From Plasmodiophora brassicae (Eukaryota): 64,000 nt of DNA. Shown here in pieces: positions 23,322 to 36,050 of the stretch. The stretch lies in contig CP145413.1 of the NCBI GenBank assembly GCA_036867785.1, positions 1,054,001 to 1,118,000 of the forward strand, given 5' to 3'. The notes beneath the pieces are model-generated. The model was not told where the DNA came from. It made no database searches and saw nothing but the letters and a program-made list of their open reading frames with translations. Position numbers and translations under genes: made by a program. The stretch's first letter is position 1, and every line of letters begins with the position of its first letter.

Positions 23322-25551
23322 ATGGACGGTAACCTCTCCGTCGACAGTTCGCACGATGACGTCGACAACAAGAACGACGAAAGCGACCGCGACACGCGAT
23401 CCACCTCGAAAGACGACCATAGTCAGTCCCTGCGCACGCCCCACACACCGTCCATGCCGCCAGTGGCCGCCCGTTATGAACAGCCGGCGCCGAAATCGCC
23501 ACGTCCAGCCGCCAATCTCGTGTCGAGGCACTCAAACGGCACCGTCAGGGACCAGTCTCGAGCGGCCACCGCCGGCGACGCTTCAGTCGCCAGCTCAGGC
23601 GCACGCGATCTGGCAGCGGCCACCAGACGCTCGCTTGTATCCAACATCATCCAGGACCTGTTCTTTTACATCATCTTCCTCATCCTGTTCGTCGTTGCCA
23701 TCATGCTGCGCTCGCCGCAATCGTTGCCCTCCGAATGGAGACTAACGCTGCAGAGCCGGTTTGCACCGACCGAGCAACAGCTTGTCAACCACGACGCCAT
23801 GCCGTTCGACGATATCAACTCTCGCGAGGACGTCTGGTCGTACCTGAAGCTGACGTTGGCCCCCGCCCTGGTTCCTGATCCCGCGTCGCCACTCTCCAAC
23901 GCACCCTTGTTCCTGCGATCCGTCCTCGTTGGGTCCATTCGGCTCTGGCAGGTTCGCGTGCACAAGGAATCGTGCCCGTCGCACCTGAACGTCATCATGT
24001 CGAACCTTGGTGGCGCGCAGGTCACCTGCTTCCCAGAGAGCCTAACAGCAGGGACGACGTCACAGGATTCATACGGCGGCCCCGATAATTCCCTGTTCGA
24101 GTGGACGGGCCCACCCCAGAAGAGCGTTAACATGTGGCTCGTGGCACCCGACAGCCAGTATGGATCAGGAGGCGGGTTCAGCCAGTTCCTGTCGACCAAT
24201 CTGACAACGTCGACGGCGCTGCTGTCGTACCTGGAGTCCAACGACTGGATCGACCTTCAGACGCGCGCCGTCTTCGTCGATTTCGCATTGCACAACCCGA
24301 CCGAGCGCCTCTTCTGCATGGTCCGCCTGCTGTTCCAGACGCCAGCGTATGGTGGTGTGCAGGCAATCAGCAGCTTCAGGGTGGCGGCTGTTATGATGTA
24401 CAGTACACCGTCGGACATCGTCGCAGCCGTCTTCGAAGGGCTGTTCATCGTCGCGTACCTGAGGATGCTCCGGGCGACGATCAGCGAGATTCGCCGATCG
24501 GGACGGTCGTTCTTCACGAGCGTCTGGGGCATCATTGACCTGCTTAACAGCATTATCTTCGCCATGATCATCATCCTGAGCGTCATAACGCGGTCGTGCG
24601 CGTCGTCTCTGTACAGCCGGATCGACACCGACGCGTACGTCAACTGGCAGAACTACGGGTACATGTCGAATCAGCTGAAGAACCTCGGTGCCTTCAATGC
24701 CGTCCTCTCCTGGATACGGGTACGTCCACACATGTTCGCAGCGGGCACACCAGGCAGTGACACGGGACGCCTCAATCAGTTACTGAAGTACCTGAGGTTA
24801 TCGGCCCGACTGTCGATGCTGGAGAAGGTGTTCGTCAACGTCAAGAGCGAGCTGTTCGCGTGGGCGACGCTTTTCCTGGTCATATTCAGCAGCTTCGTGC
24901 AAGCGTTCTACATGGGGTTCCATGAATCCGTCAGCGACTACCAGTCGCTGGGCATGGCCATCATGACCCTGTTCAAGGGCGCGTTCGGCGACCTTGTCGT
25001 CACCGAGTTGCAGGCCGAGAATCAGATCCTCGGCCCGATCTTCTTCATGGCCTACATCTTCGTCATGTTCTTCGTCATGCTGAACATGTTCCTTGCGTCA
25101 GTTGCAATGCGCCCTGGCAACACGCAACGCTGTCCCTGGAACTAACCCACGTCGCAGGATTCTGCAAGGCGCCTGGATAAAGACGGAAGAGGACATCCAA
25201 GGTGAGCAGAAGGACGGGTTAAAGGCGGCGCTGGACGAGGCCATCATGAACGCCAAGAACCAGTATCGCGAGCGCCGCAAGACCGTCGTCAGCCACATGG
25301 TCATCAGCGGGATCCGAACGAAACCGGCGCTGCGGCAGACGGGCGCGACGCCGCGATCCCCGGCCGCCATGCGGCGCGTGTCCCTCGGGCCCACGTCGCC
25401 AGGCGCCGGCGTCGGGACGCCGACGCCGCGCCACGCCCTGATCCTGACGCCCAGGCAGATGGACATCGTCGAGGCCGCCCTCGCCAACATGAGCCCGGAA
25501 GAGTTGTCCGAGTCTGACAGCGACGACGATTCCGGGTACCTAGATGAATAA
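23322..25551 (+). CDS. PKD2: Polycystin-2 (PKD2/TRPP)-like cation channel; introns 24720-24779 and 25097-25157
   Basis: Motifs present: FDDINSREDVWSYL, LVGSIRLWQVRV, LESNDWIDLQTRAVFVDFALHN, LLKYLR, TLFKGAFGD, ILGPIFFMAYIFVMFFVMLNMFLAIL. These are the polycystin TOP domain plus six-TM channel signature. Confidence 0.92.
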
Positions 25552-25832
25552 TTGTATTTATCGGCAGTGAACAATCAAGGAGGTCGCCCCCCAACGCGGA
25601 CGTCTGTAACGCTGAACACAATCGGTAGTCAACAACACTGCGCACGGGGGAGGGGGGAAATTGGGGCAGTCTATCTTTGTCATGCCGTCATCCGGGGTGC
25701 GGCCTAAATCGGGCCCGGCCGTAAATCGCGCGGAGCAAAGTCGCCCGTGGCCGCAATTAGGCGCGATCGAGCCAGCTGGCTCGTCTCACAAGCGCTACGG
25801 TGCATGACGGACGCGCGTCGTCGTCGATGACC

Positions 25833-26361
25833 ATGCAAATGCGACGGCGGAACCCGAGGTGCCCGAGGCCACCGTACCTGATGAACGCGATCGCGCTGCA
25901 GTTTCTGAGGGATGCGACCTGGGATTGGATCGCGCAGGCCAGGCCGGATTGCAAGGAGGACGCGGACGTCCCCTGCCACCCGGACACGATCGCCGACGCC
26001 GCACAGCAGCCGTATCCGGACCTGTTCGATCTTGCATATGGACGAGACTGTATTGCAGGACATCCATCGTCGAGTTCCTTGTCGGAGTCCCGTCACAAGC
26101 AGGTGTCCTGACCAATGTCTAATTCTAATATACCGGTTGATGCGTTATTTAAAATGTTAACGATGGTTGTGTACTTGCCAGTATGTTTGCTGGCGACGAG
26201 AACGAATTCCAATACCGGAATCAGCAGGACACGTCTCGCCCGCGCGCTTCATCGTTCGCCTCGCTATTCACTGTCGATGCTCGGCTGCCTGTTCCCGCCT
26301 GCGTACAGGGCATGCGGCACGCCCGCCCACTGCGCATGCAGATGCTTACACAGTCGAATAG
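25833..26361 (+). CDS. Hypothetical protein, possibly two exons (intron ~26103-26181)
   Basis: A GC-rich ORF, then an AT-rich GT...AG segment, then an in-frame continuation YVCWRRERIPIPE...TVE*. No family recognised. Confidence 0.3.
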
Positions 26362-26366
26362 GTCGC

Positions 26367-26396
26367 CACACAGCTGGAAGTCACACAGCTGGAAGT
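26367..26396. repeat. 15-bp direct tandem repeat (cacacagctggaagt x2) upstream of SLBP
   Basis: Exact duplication read directly from the sequence. Confidence 0.8.
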
Positions 26397-26616
26397 GGCC
26401 GCACGGGGACGAGAAAATCTGTTGCCCGCCGGCGCAGGGCAGGAGCTCGCGCGCACGCAGCGGCCCGGATTCTGTGACCATCGGCTGACGGCGTGCGCGC
26501 GTGCGGTCGCCTGCCGGTTGGCCCATATTCGCGCGCGCCTATCCGAGTTCAAACTCTACAGGGCAACCAACCCCGACTGCAGTTTCTTCGCGACGACGAC
26601 GACGACAACGTGGGCG

Positions 26617-27284
26617 ATGCCGGAGCATGAACCGTCGTGCAGCAGTGTGACCGGTGGGGCTCGCGTGTCACCGTGCGCGTCGGACACGATTGGCAAACCG
26701 GTGCGGCATCGCGAGACTGATCGGACGCGGTTGCGGCAACGTCAGAAACAGGTACGCTTCGTTTCCATTCGCAGACCTCTGTGGATGCCTAAATGACGGG
26801 CAGGTCGACATTGGCCGAAACACGATCGCCTACGATAGATACGTCAAGAGCGTCGCCAAGTACGGGGGCATTCGGCCATGCATTGCTGCTGCGATTCTGA
26901 GTTCGTATTAGGTCGCACAGGGATCGCGAGAAGAGATACAGTACACATCCAGTAACGCCCGACATCCACCAGGTTTGCAGCAAACGAAGCTTCGACGGGC
27001 AGGTTAGTCATTTCAGGCGTGTGCTCCGACTGCTGCCTGACGTCAGTGGTGTTTTCTAGGTCAGAAAGTGGAGACGCCTGTTGCATCTATGGGACACGAC
27101 TACGCCGGGACAATCTGACGAGCACGCGCCTGTTCCTGGTGCGGGAAGTGCTGATGCCGACGATCCTGAGGACGACGAACTTGTTACTATCGTGTACGAC
27201 AAAACCTGCCGGGACGCGTCCGTTGATTCCCGTCCAAACGACCTACGGGTTGATGAGAGCGATGGCAGTAGCGTCGAGTTCTAA
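26617..27284 (+). CDS. SLBP: Histone RNA stem-loop binding protein; exons 26617-26751, 26804-26859, 26912-27002 and 27060-27284
   Basis: The spliced product reads [32 protein letters not shown]...HPVTPDIHQVCSKRSFDGQVRKWRRLLHLWD. This matches the SLBP RNA-binding domain (RQKQI.YGKNT.AY..Y...HP.TP....SRRSWD.Q...W...LH.WD). Confidence 0.93.
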
Positions 27285-27454
27285 TATGGGCGTCACCGCT
27301 GCCTTCCAGATGACACGAAAATGATCTTCTAACTGTATGAAGACACTGACATACATATCGGGTCAACGGATGGCATGAGCGTGCACCGCCATGCGATATC
27401 GCTTGCGACGAACCGCTCTGGCATGCGGGATAGATACATGGGCACAGGCAGATG

Positions 27455-30400
27455 CTATACCTCCTCAAGTGCGGCTTGGATCGCGCGGGCCTCAGGGGTG
27501 GGTCTGTAGACGGACGACGCATCGACGACCTCGTCATAGCGGCTGGTCCATTTGTGGTAGTGGATGCGATAGGATCCTTCGGGCAAGACTTCCAGGATCT
27601 TGCAGTCGTACAGACGCGGACCCCAATGTGATGCGAGCGCCATATCGTCGACCTGGAACGGCTTAGCCGTCTTGAACGTCTGGCGGTGCTTGTAGACGAA
27701 ACTGAGCGCACGTTGCCGGTCCTTCTCGGACAGGTCGCATTGTTTCAGGATCTGAATGAACTGGTTGCTACGTTCTAGCCGCTGCGCGTCGGTCTTCCTT
27801 GAACTTGCTGGCTTATTCGACTGCTCGCGCTTCACTTTGGACACTGGACGATGGTCAGCACGTAGAGGCGATTGGATCCGCCGCTTCTTAACGGGTGATC
27901 CCGGCAACGCATGATACCGTCGTCGGGTACGTTGTTCGTCGCGCCCGTTCAGCTTTGTTAGCGTCGGCGGTTTCTCGCGCTGACCGTTCTTCGGTACCTC
28001 ACGTGTCGAGGAACGCCGTCGAGCAACAGATGATGGTGAGGCGGGCCTTTCCGGCGATACCCGTCTGGTCAGCCGACGCGTCGATCTTCGCTCGTTCTCC
28101 AGATCGCCATGGTCCTCAGGCGCTTCAGGTATTTTGTTGTCGAATGCCTCCTCGGCCGTTTCTGCTTCGACCTCGGTGCGCCGTTTAGGCAGGCGACCCC
28201 TCCTGGCCATTGGCCGGTTGGCGGCGACATCTTGCTGGACTTCAACCGGCTCAACAGCCGGAGTGGTTTGTCGTTTCCGTAACCTTGTCGAAGCGCGTTC
28301 TTCCTCCATCGCCTGGCCATGCGGTGGTACTGTTTCTTGTGCTTCGTGGATCTCAACTTTGATCGAGTACAGGTTGCGTTTAACCTTCTCTCGACGACGG
28401 ATGATGTCCAAGATGGTACGAACTTCGTCGAGATCGGTCCTGACCAGAGCCAGATGGTCGTAGAAATCAGAAATCTTCGCCTGTGAAGGCAGCGTAGCAT
28501 GCGAAGGACACATTGCCTGGCCACTTCGCCCAGGAGAACAGCCGACGAAAAGAGCGCACAGAGGATGCATCTGCTGCGAGCATTCAGCATGCCCGCACTC
28601 GATCGTGAAACCAGAGCGTCGACTACAAATAGCACAGACAGGCGTGGCGCGGTGCCGACGTGCCATCGTCGCAAGGAATTTGCCAACCAGGATACGCGAG
28701 GCAGTAACGATCACATCGGGGAATGAGACAGAGCATGCGACGTGCGCCCACTTCCCAGTCTCCGTTTGTTGGTATGCACCACCGAGACGGGGACAGAGTT
28801 CGCATCGCACGGTTCGCGTTCGCTCATGACCGGACTGACAGCGTCTACATCGCCACCGTACACGAGCGCTCGCGTTACCATTTGTGTAACACGAGAGATG
28901 AACAGCGATACCGCAACGGGTGCATATTGTCAAGCCTTCGGATTCGTTCCCGAACAAGAAGCAGACGGAGCAAACATCAGGCAAGTAGATGTCCTCACCG
29001 TCGAGCGAGCGTGGGGCGACGAGACCCACTCCAGACGACACTGCCAGATCCCCTTCTGACCCTTCCAGTTTCATTTCCGTCGCAGGTGCAGGTGGACGCG
29101 TCCGAGCCAGGATGCGGACCATGTGCTGGCCGAGTCGGTCGCGCGACGTGCCGTCAGCATAGGAAGGAGTATGCGACTCACAGAACAGGTAGAAATACAA
29201 GTCGGTGCCGACAGCGTCGACGCGCATGTACAGACCGTGCTCCCAGGCACAAGTGGCATGCATCGTTTCAGGGCACTGAACATCTTCGCAGCTGCATGGA
29301 AGTGTGGACCCGTACCGCTGCTTGCAAATCGAGCAGACCGACCCAGCGCTGGCTTCGATGGCGGATGCGACGCCAGCAATGGGAGACATGGTGACGACAT
29401 CAGCAACATGGGCAATCGGGTTCCATAACGCGCACGTCAGGTGGACAGGGCCGCCCGCATCGCTAGGTTTGAACGCGAACCCAGACACAGGACATAGCAG
29501 GCATTCGTGCTCCGGGCGGGACTCGGCTGGGTTAGCACAGGGGTCGCAGTGCCAATCATCATCTGGAATGGTATCGATGCCATAACAGCATTTGTGAACC
29601 GCGAGCCCGCACAGTTCGCAAATGACGATCGGGTTCAGCTCGGAGCCATCCGTCCCGAAGCACACACGGCAGCTCGTGTTGTAGTGGTCCTGGTCAGTGC
29701 CGACGGAAGCGGCATCGACATCGCGGACGCCCCGGATCAGAGCCATGCGAACGGATTGCCATCGGGCAACATGGAGATAGTCGACCTGCGTCTGCTGACG
29801 CTCGTTCTCCGTCACGGTGGCAACACTGGCGTAATCCTCGTCCGACATAGCATGCAGAATAGAGGTCCGGAACCCGTTCAGCTCTGCTACCTGAAGAGAC
29901 AGTTCGTGCTGAAGGTGGACGAGTTCGGACAGAAGGTCGCCATCTTCACCAACTTCAGGGTTCACTGAGGCCAGGGCGCGGAATCCAGACCGGGCGCGAC
30001 CGCGCCTGCTGCCATCGCCGCAGTCAAACTGACAGAGGACATGCCCAAGGTCGGTAGCGATTAGGACATGAATGACGGGCTCGTCGCGGCCAGCAGCTGG
30101 ATCGAGGCCAAGTCTGTGGCATATCGCTTGGACGTCCAGAAAGGAAGGCAAGTAGAGGTCATCGTGGTCGATTCTCAGGTCGCGATCGGAGATGGAGATC
30201 GGCGGTGGGAGGATAAAAGATGGATCGGATCGACGACATTCGTCAGCGTCGCAGACAGACACCTGCGCTAGTTGGTCGGGGCGAATTGGGTCAAAATACA
30301 TGGCGATGCCCTCATCCCAGAAGCGATGAGCGGCCGACTGCCCATCCGAGCCGTCGGTTGAATTGGAGCCAGACCGCGTTATCCGGACGACATGGTCATC

Positions 30401-32045
30401 GTCTGACAGCGCGCCCGAACGGCCATTGATCGAATCCCTATTTCGTCTCACGATGGGCATGTCGTCAGATTCGACATCGGAACTCTTGTTGTCACCACGA
30501 TCACAATCGGAGTCATTGTCGCAGCCGCCTGGTGAGGTCGTCGGACGTACGGCGACGTTGTCAATGGAGAACTGGGCGTCATCGTGGTCTTCGCAGTACA
30601 GAGTGAATGTGTGGTTGGCGATCGAGATTGAATCGAGCCACGGTAGGTGTTTAACGCGGGTCCTGAACATGAAATTAAAACCAAACAGGCAATTCCATGC
30701 GACAGGAGCACCGACCCGTTCTTCTTTAGCGAGCGTATCTCCAATCTGCGACCATCGCTCCGTGCGCAGCGGACGTGAAGGTAAGAGCAACAGCCGGGCT
30801 CAGCGCAGCGAACGCAATGGCCCTTTGACCTTCGACAAACCTCACACGACCGCTCAGGCCGATTGAGTTCGAGGCTTGAAACGCCAACAAGCGCATGCTT
30901 CGATTTCCCGGTTCCAATTGAAACCTAGAACCGTTCAGAATATGGTACGTTAGAGAAGCGAACGATCGATAACCATATTGGACCACAGTGCGCAGACGAC
31001 ATGACACCATCGGCCTTCTTCCGTCTGCCTTAGAGCCCCGCCGACGTCAGGGCACAGCATGCAGACAGCGTCAGAATTGCGACGACAGGCTGTGAGAAAA
31101 CGTCAGATACGTGCATCTCATGGACCGCAGCAGATGACCAACGTTGACAGAACCAGGCGCTTCTCGGAATGGTACCGACCCCGTAGCAGGACTGATGAAC
31201 AGCGACCTCACACCCATCGCATATGACAATCTCGTTGCCGTCGTGATCATCCCCGCTTTGACAGATGTCGCATACAACGTCATCGGTATCGTGATTGGTT
31301 ACGGTCTGAAACACGAATAAACACGTGTGCCATACAGCGTGACTGAGATGTCGTACAGGGGTAAGTGTTGCTCGTGCACGCCCATTTCGTTGTGGTATTT
31401 CGGTTCGCATGTGTTTCCGACAGAGCGCCTTGGAGACTACCGTCTTGGATTGCTCAAGCAGCCCAAGATGCAGACCTTTGCGGTATGCACAAAGGACGTG
31501 GAAAGACGTTGCGCATCGCCCAGAAGTGCACTGAATGCAGCCACCCATCTTCTTACAAATTATACATTTCAAACGGTTGCGTTCCGGATGCACTTGGTCG
31601 ACACCGATGATCGGCTGCATCGCATTGCCTGCACCAATTTCTAAGGCAACCACGCGCGACGACGAAACCGCACAGTTGTAGCGTACCTCCCGATACCCAG
31701 GTCTCAGGTGTCCAAAGGGCACAGCAGATGTGGGCCCAGCGATTGTCGTTCGTGGGTTTAAGTGCCCCTGTTGTGCATGCGCTATCAGAACACGCGAATA
31801 GGTTCGGTAATAGTGTAAGGACCTCCAGGAATTCTACACATGACGCAGAAAGGTCGGGTGCGGGTTTTAGCAGAGCATGCAGTGCAGGTCCAAGAAGATC
31901 GTTTGGAAGCGGTTACGCCGTAGCAGTCGGGATGCACGCGGACAGAACATTGAGAGCAGGTGAGGAGCGGTGCAAGTCCAGCGTCAAGGCAGCAGCCACA
32001 CACATCCATTTCCTTATTGAGCGCCGCTTGGTTGACGGTTGACAT
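27455..32045 (-). CDS. BRPF/JADE/AF10-related chromatin reader with four PHD-Zn knuckle-PHD (PZP) modules, an EPC-II-like helix and a C-terminal Tudor-knot/chromo barrel; 5' end may extend further upstream
   Basis: Four CxxC...CxxCxxxVHxxCY...WxCxxC...CxxC...GGA...WxHxxCA...CxxC...HxxCA...CxxH modules. [23 protein letters not shown] is BRPF-like. The tail reads [24 protein letters not shown]...[16 protein letters not shown]. The introns I traced between modules keep one frame. Confidence 0.88.
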
Positions 32046-32620
32046 AAATAAAATATATAGCTGTTCCCAGAACTGCATCGTTAGTGGCAGGGACGAGTAC
32101 AGAATGCACTCCAAGCTGACGTTGATTCAGCGCGAAATTCATGCGAGGAATCAGGGCAGTCTATCGGCTGGGTCGCGTGTCCGCCTCCGGGCCGGGATTC
32201 CGGTTCTTCGGCGCGAATGAATCAGCCGTCGACGAGCGTGACACGCAATGCCCCTGAAAGAGTCCGAGCTGACAAAAAGTCCACAAGAAAGAAGGGTGTT
32301 TTTGTAGAGCAGTGAGCGATGCCGACCCGTCTTCGGCGGCGGCCACATGAGGACGCAACATGATCGGCGCCGTCGAAGGTCGACGACATGACACCACCCT
32401 GCTGTTCATGAGCCATATAATTCCTTTGTTGAGGAGCGGTCCTGTCAGAGGACGTCTTGACTATGATGACCCTGCATATGGGCGGTCGACGCGTCGACCA
32501 CGCTGCCATCTGGTGGTGCAGACATCGCGAAGCGATCCCAGTCGAGCGTGCACAGCCATTCGACACGGAAGTCGGAGCGTCCGATCGATTTCGCAAACCA
32601 GGAGCGGGAAGGTGTGCGGC

Positions 32621-32643
32621 TGTGTGTGTGTGTGTGTGTGTGT
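32621..32643. repeat. (TG)n microsatellite, ~11.5 units, in the divergent intergenic region
   Basis: tgtgtgtgtgtgtgtgtgtgtgt read directly. Confidence 0.95.
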
Positions 32644-32750
32644 CGAGGTGTGGACGCAAAATCATTGTCGAATCGGTATCGGGGAGCGGCCCTTGACCGG
32701 TCGTTGCAATGTTCAGCTTGATAGATGGGCGCCCACACCGGCGCCTGCGG

Positions 32751-33434
32751 ATGCCGACGACGTCGCAGCGATGCAGGCAACTTGTATCGGCCGTCTGCCT
32801 TCAGTATCGGGGCGCCGTCATTGCCTGTACCTTTGTCCTGCTGGCCATGGTAGGCATCGCGTCCTGGTCGTTGGCGCCGCGAACAAACCGGCTGGCTACT
32901 CTGAGAGGTCTCATAGCGTTGAGACTTACTTGCAGATTCGAGCGGCTGAACGTTAAGCACAGGTCCGCTGACGAGAGCAGAACTGGGCCACGCCACCTGG
33001 TCTCTTCTACATACGATGGCGGCGAAGTTCCCAGACAACGCGACAAGCGCACAGCAGAATGATTACCGTCAATTTATGCATCTCCTTGCCCGCCTATATC
33101 CCTGCCACGAATGCGCAGGCCATTTCCAGGTAGCGTCTGCCACAGATTGTGACACAGCCATTGCCCGTTGCAAACCCTTGTGCAGGAGCTCCTCTCAGGT
33201 TCGCCACCAGACGTCCGAAGTGGTGACGCGTTTAGGAAATGGTGAAAGACGACGCCATGGCAGTGCGATGTGTCGTTAACATTTGCCAACGTCAGGTTGT
33301 GTGTCGCGCATAACGTCGTACGTAGGCGCTTGGACCAGACAGAATCCGATTGCAGCGCAGACCACCTGTCCAACGAGTGGCCATCTAACCTGGCCGGCGA
33401 GGATTGTGGATGCACTCCCCCGAAGTACCGATAG
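32751..33434 (+). CDS. ERV2: Erv1/Alr-family FAD-linked sulfhydryl oxidase, Erv2 type (N-terminal TM anchor, C-terminal CGC)
   Basis: Spliced product: ...IACTFVLLAMVGIASW...TRAELGHATWSLLHTMAAKFP...LYPCHECAGHF...WLCVAHNVVRRRL...EDCGCTPPKYR*. Confidence 0.88.
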
Positions 33435-33467
33435 CAGATCACGCGTCACACTCTATAAACGTCTTCT

Positions 33468-36050
33468 TCATTGCTTCCGACGCTTCGCAGCGCGGGCCGG
33501 CTTCGCTGGTCGTCCGGATCGTTTCGGGCCCGCTCGACCCGGTGCCGGTTTGCCTTTCTTGATCGGCGCCTTGGACTTGTTTCGCTCCTTGCCTTGGTGC
33601 TTACCGGACTGCCATTTCTCAGTCATTGCATTGGCTCGCGCGGCGTCCTGACTGAGCTCCAGCAACTGAGCGAAATCGGCAGCATCAACGAACCGCGACT
33701 TCTTCTTCGACGATCCCGCCTCGTCTTCAACGTCGCCATCACTGCCGTCATCACCACCGAATTCAACTTCGCTTTCATCATCGCTGTCGATGCCGCCAAG
33801 GTCTGCAGCGTCGCCGTTCTCATCGTCGTTGAACATCTCGTCCAGTTCCTCGTCGGACACGACATCTTCACCGTCGGCAACGTCATCCGATTCGTCATCA
33901 CCGGAGTCGACATCGTCATCGATGTCAACTGGGCCATCCGTTTTCGCCAGTTCCCGCTCGAACAGTTCCTCGGCGAACTGTTCTTCGTCTTTCCCGTCGT
34001 CGGGCACGAGGTCGCCACGTTCGACCCGCATGCGGAAGTACCGATGCATGAACTTCTCGTCTTCCCGGACCAGGCTCTCGTCTTTGCCCCAGAATGCCTG
34101 TGCGTACCGATTAGCAACCCGTTGTTAACAGAATCCCAGAGTACGTACCTCAGTGTTAGCAGGGGGTTCTAGCTTGCCCGCAGAGACATTTCGGGGAGCC
34201 ATACGCGACGTCTGCCTCAGGTTCTTCTTCGGATTTCGGTACACGAACCGGTCGAGGAAGTGTGCCGTTGTGAAATCCTGGATCGGGTTGCCTTTGTAGA
34301 CCACAGGATCGCACGACAGGATGTCGTTGACGAACTTGGTGACCGATGGGTGATAATGCTGAGCCAACAGAGCCAACTCCCAGAGACACGTCGACTGCGC
34401 TTGCGCGAACTGGGGATCACGCTTCTGCATATCATACTGGCTCTTCTTCGGACCCGAAGGGTTGCTACTGCCAATGTCTTCCTCATCATCATGGAACCGC
34501 TCGAGGTCGTCTTCACAGTCGGGAGACTGGACAACCAGTGCCCATAAGCCGGCGTGGATCTTGGCAACCTCTGACAGGAGAAGCAGGGACCCACAGATAA
34601 ATCCCGGGCGGGAGTGCAGGCAGACCTGCAGGAGGCGCTTCGAGAACGCAGCGACTCGCGGAAGGCTGACATCGTTCTTCATCGTGCGATATATGAGGTT
34701 CAGGTACAAGCTGTGTTTGGAAGACGTTGCCAGGCAGGGTGACAGCAGCGACTCGTAGACGGCCGTGTAAAACCGGGTCGACAGCGACTGACGTGCGTTC
34801 ATCACCTGGAACAGCAGCATCAACGCTTGGATGGCCGTGTTGAAGTTCGTCGAATGCGCCAGTTTAAACAGGCGATCCGTTTGCTTGTCGTACGTCTCCT
34901 CGCTCATGATCGTCGACGCAAACGGGAACGCGCGGTTCAACCCAGTTAGGAGCGCCGATAGTAGGCGTGAATCAGCGGATAGGTCACGATGGGAGAAGAA
35001 CCCCATGTAGAGATCCACCAGCTTTCTCGCCAGCTCGCATTCAGCGTTCGATAGTTGAATCTGCGTTAGAACAATGATCGCCTGGTGCTGAGATCGCGGG
35101 TTGACATTAGCGCGCAACAGGAGCCGCTCGATTTCGTCGACGATAACGGGTTTCATACGCGGGTGGTGGTCGAAGACGGCAGTGAGAAGGCGATGCGCAC
35201 GAGTCGAAACTTTGCGATTAGGGTCACCGAGTTTGTTGACGAGAACGGCCAGAAAGCGAACCTCGCACTCTGGCTTGAGAGATAACAGCTCCTGGATGAT
35301 ACCAAGGCACTTGATACGATACCATTCGACAGGATCGGAACAGGAAACCTCCAGCAACGTAACCAGCTCGGAGTACAGGTCTTTGATACGCGATTCGAAC
35401 ATTCGATAGACCATCCATTGATCGCGCTCAGCGGGGCTCAGACGGTTCTTGACCTCGTTCCAAGCCTTTGTGTCCCACGCTCGCAGCTTGCGGTGGTCAG
35501 GAAGAAGGCATGCACCAAATACATCCCTGAGCGCTTCCAGGGCCAGCAGGGAGTGCTCACGGCTCTTCTTGCGCGCGATCGCCAGCAGACGATTGATGGA
35601 AAATTCGGCGAGGTGGACAGGCGATTCTGGAGCGCAAACAGCCAAGGCAGATACTTGGTCCTGAAGTGTTCCTTTCTGGAGCAATCCGTGGAGAAGAGAC
35701 GAGTCGCCTTTACGGTGGTTGGTCTGCAACTTTTCATATGCTGCGCAAGCGCTCTGGAGGAGATGTTCGGCTCGGCCCTTCGCAAAGTCATGGCCGTCGT
35801 CTGCAATTGCAAACTCCCCCGTTTTCGAAGCGGCAGATTGCTGCAACGCGGCTAATGCCTCGAACCACGCGCAGTCCGGATTCGCCGTCACGATCACGTC
35901 GGACCCAGCCGCGCTGGATGCTTTTCCCTTTCCCCCGCCACCGAACTTAATGTGAGAACTCGCTGGCTTCGGTGCTGCGACGGGCTTCCCAGCAGGTGCC
36001 GCCGCCTTCCGCTTACCAGCGTGCTTCATGTCGCTAGCAGGCCCCGGCAT
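33468..36050 (-). CDS. CEBPZ: CCAAT-binding factor / Noc1-Mak21 (CEBPZ) ribosome biogenesis protein; intron 34148-34098
   Basis: Motifs present: GTLQDQVSAL, LVNKLGDP, LLSALLTGLNRAFPF, RVAAFSKRLLQ, YDMQKRDPQFA, HYHPSV, FLDRFVYRNPK, plus an acidic C-terminal tail. Confidence 0.95.
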
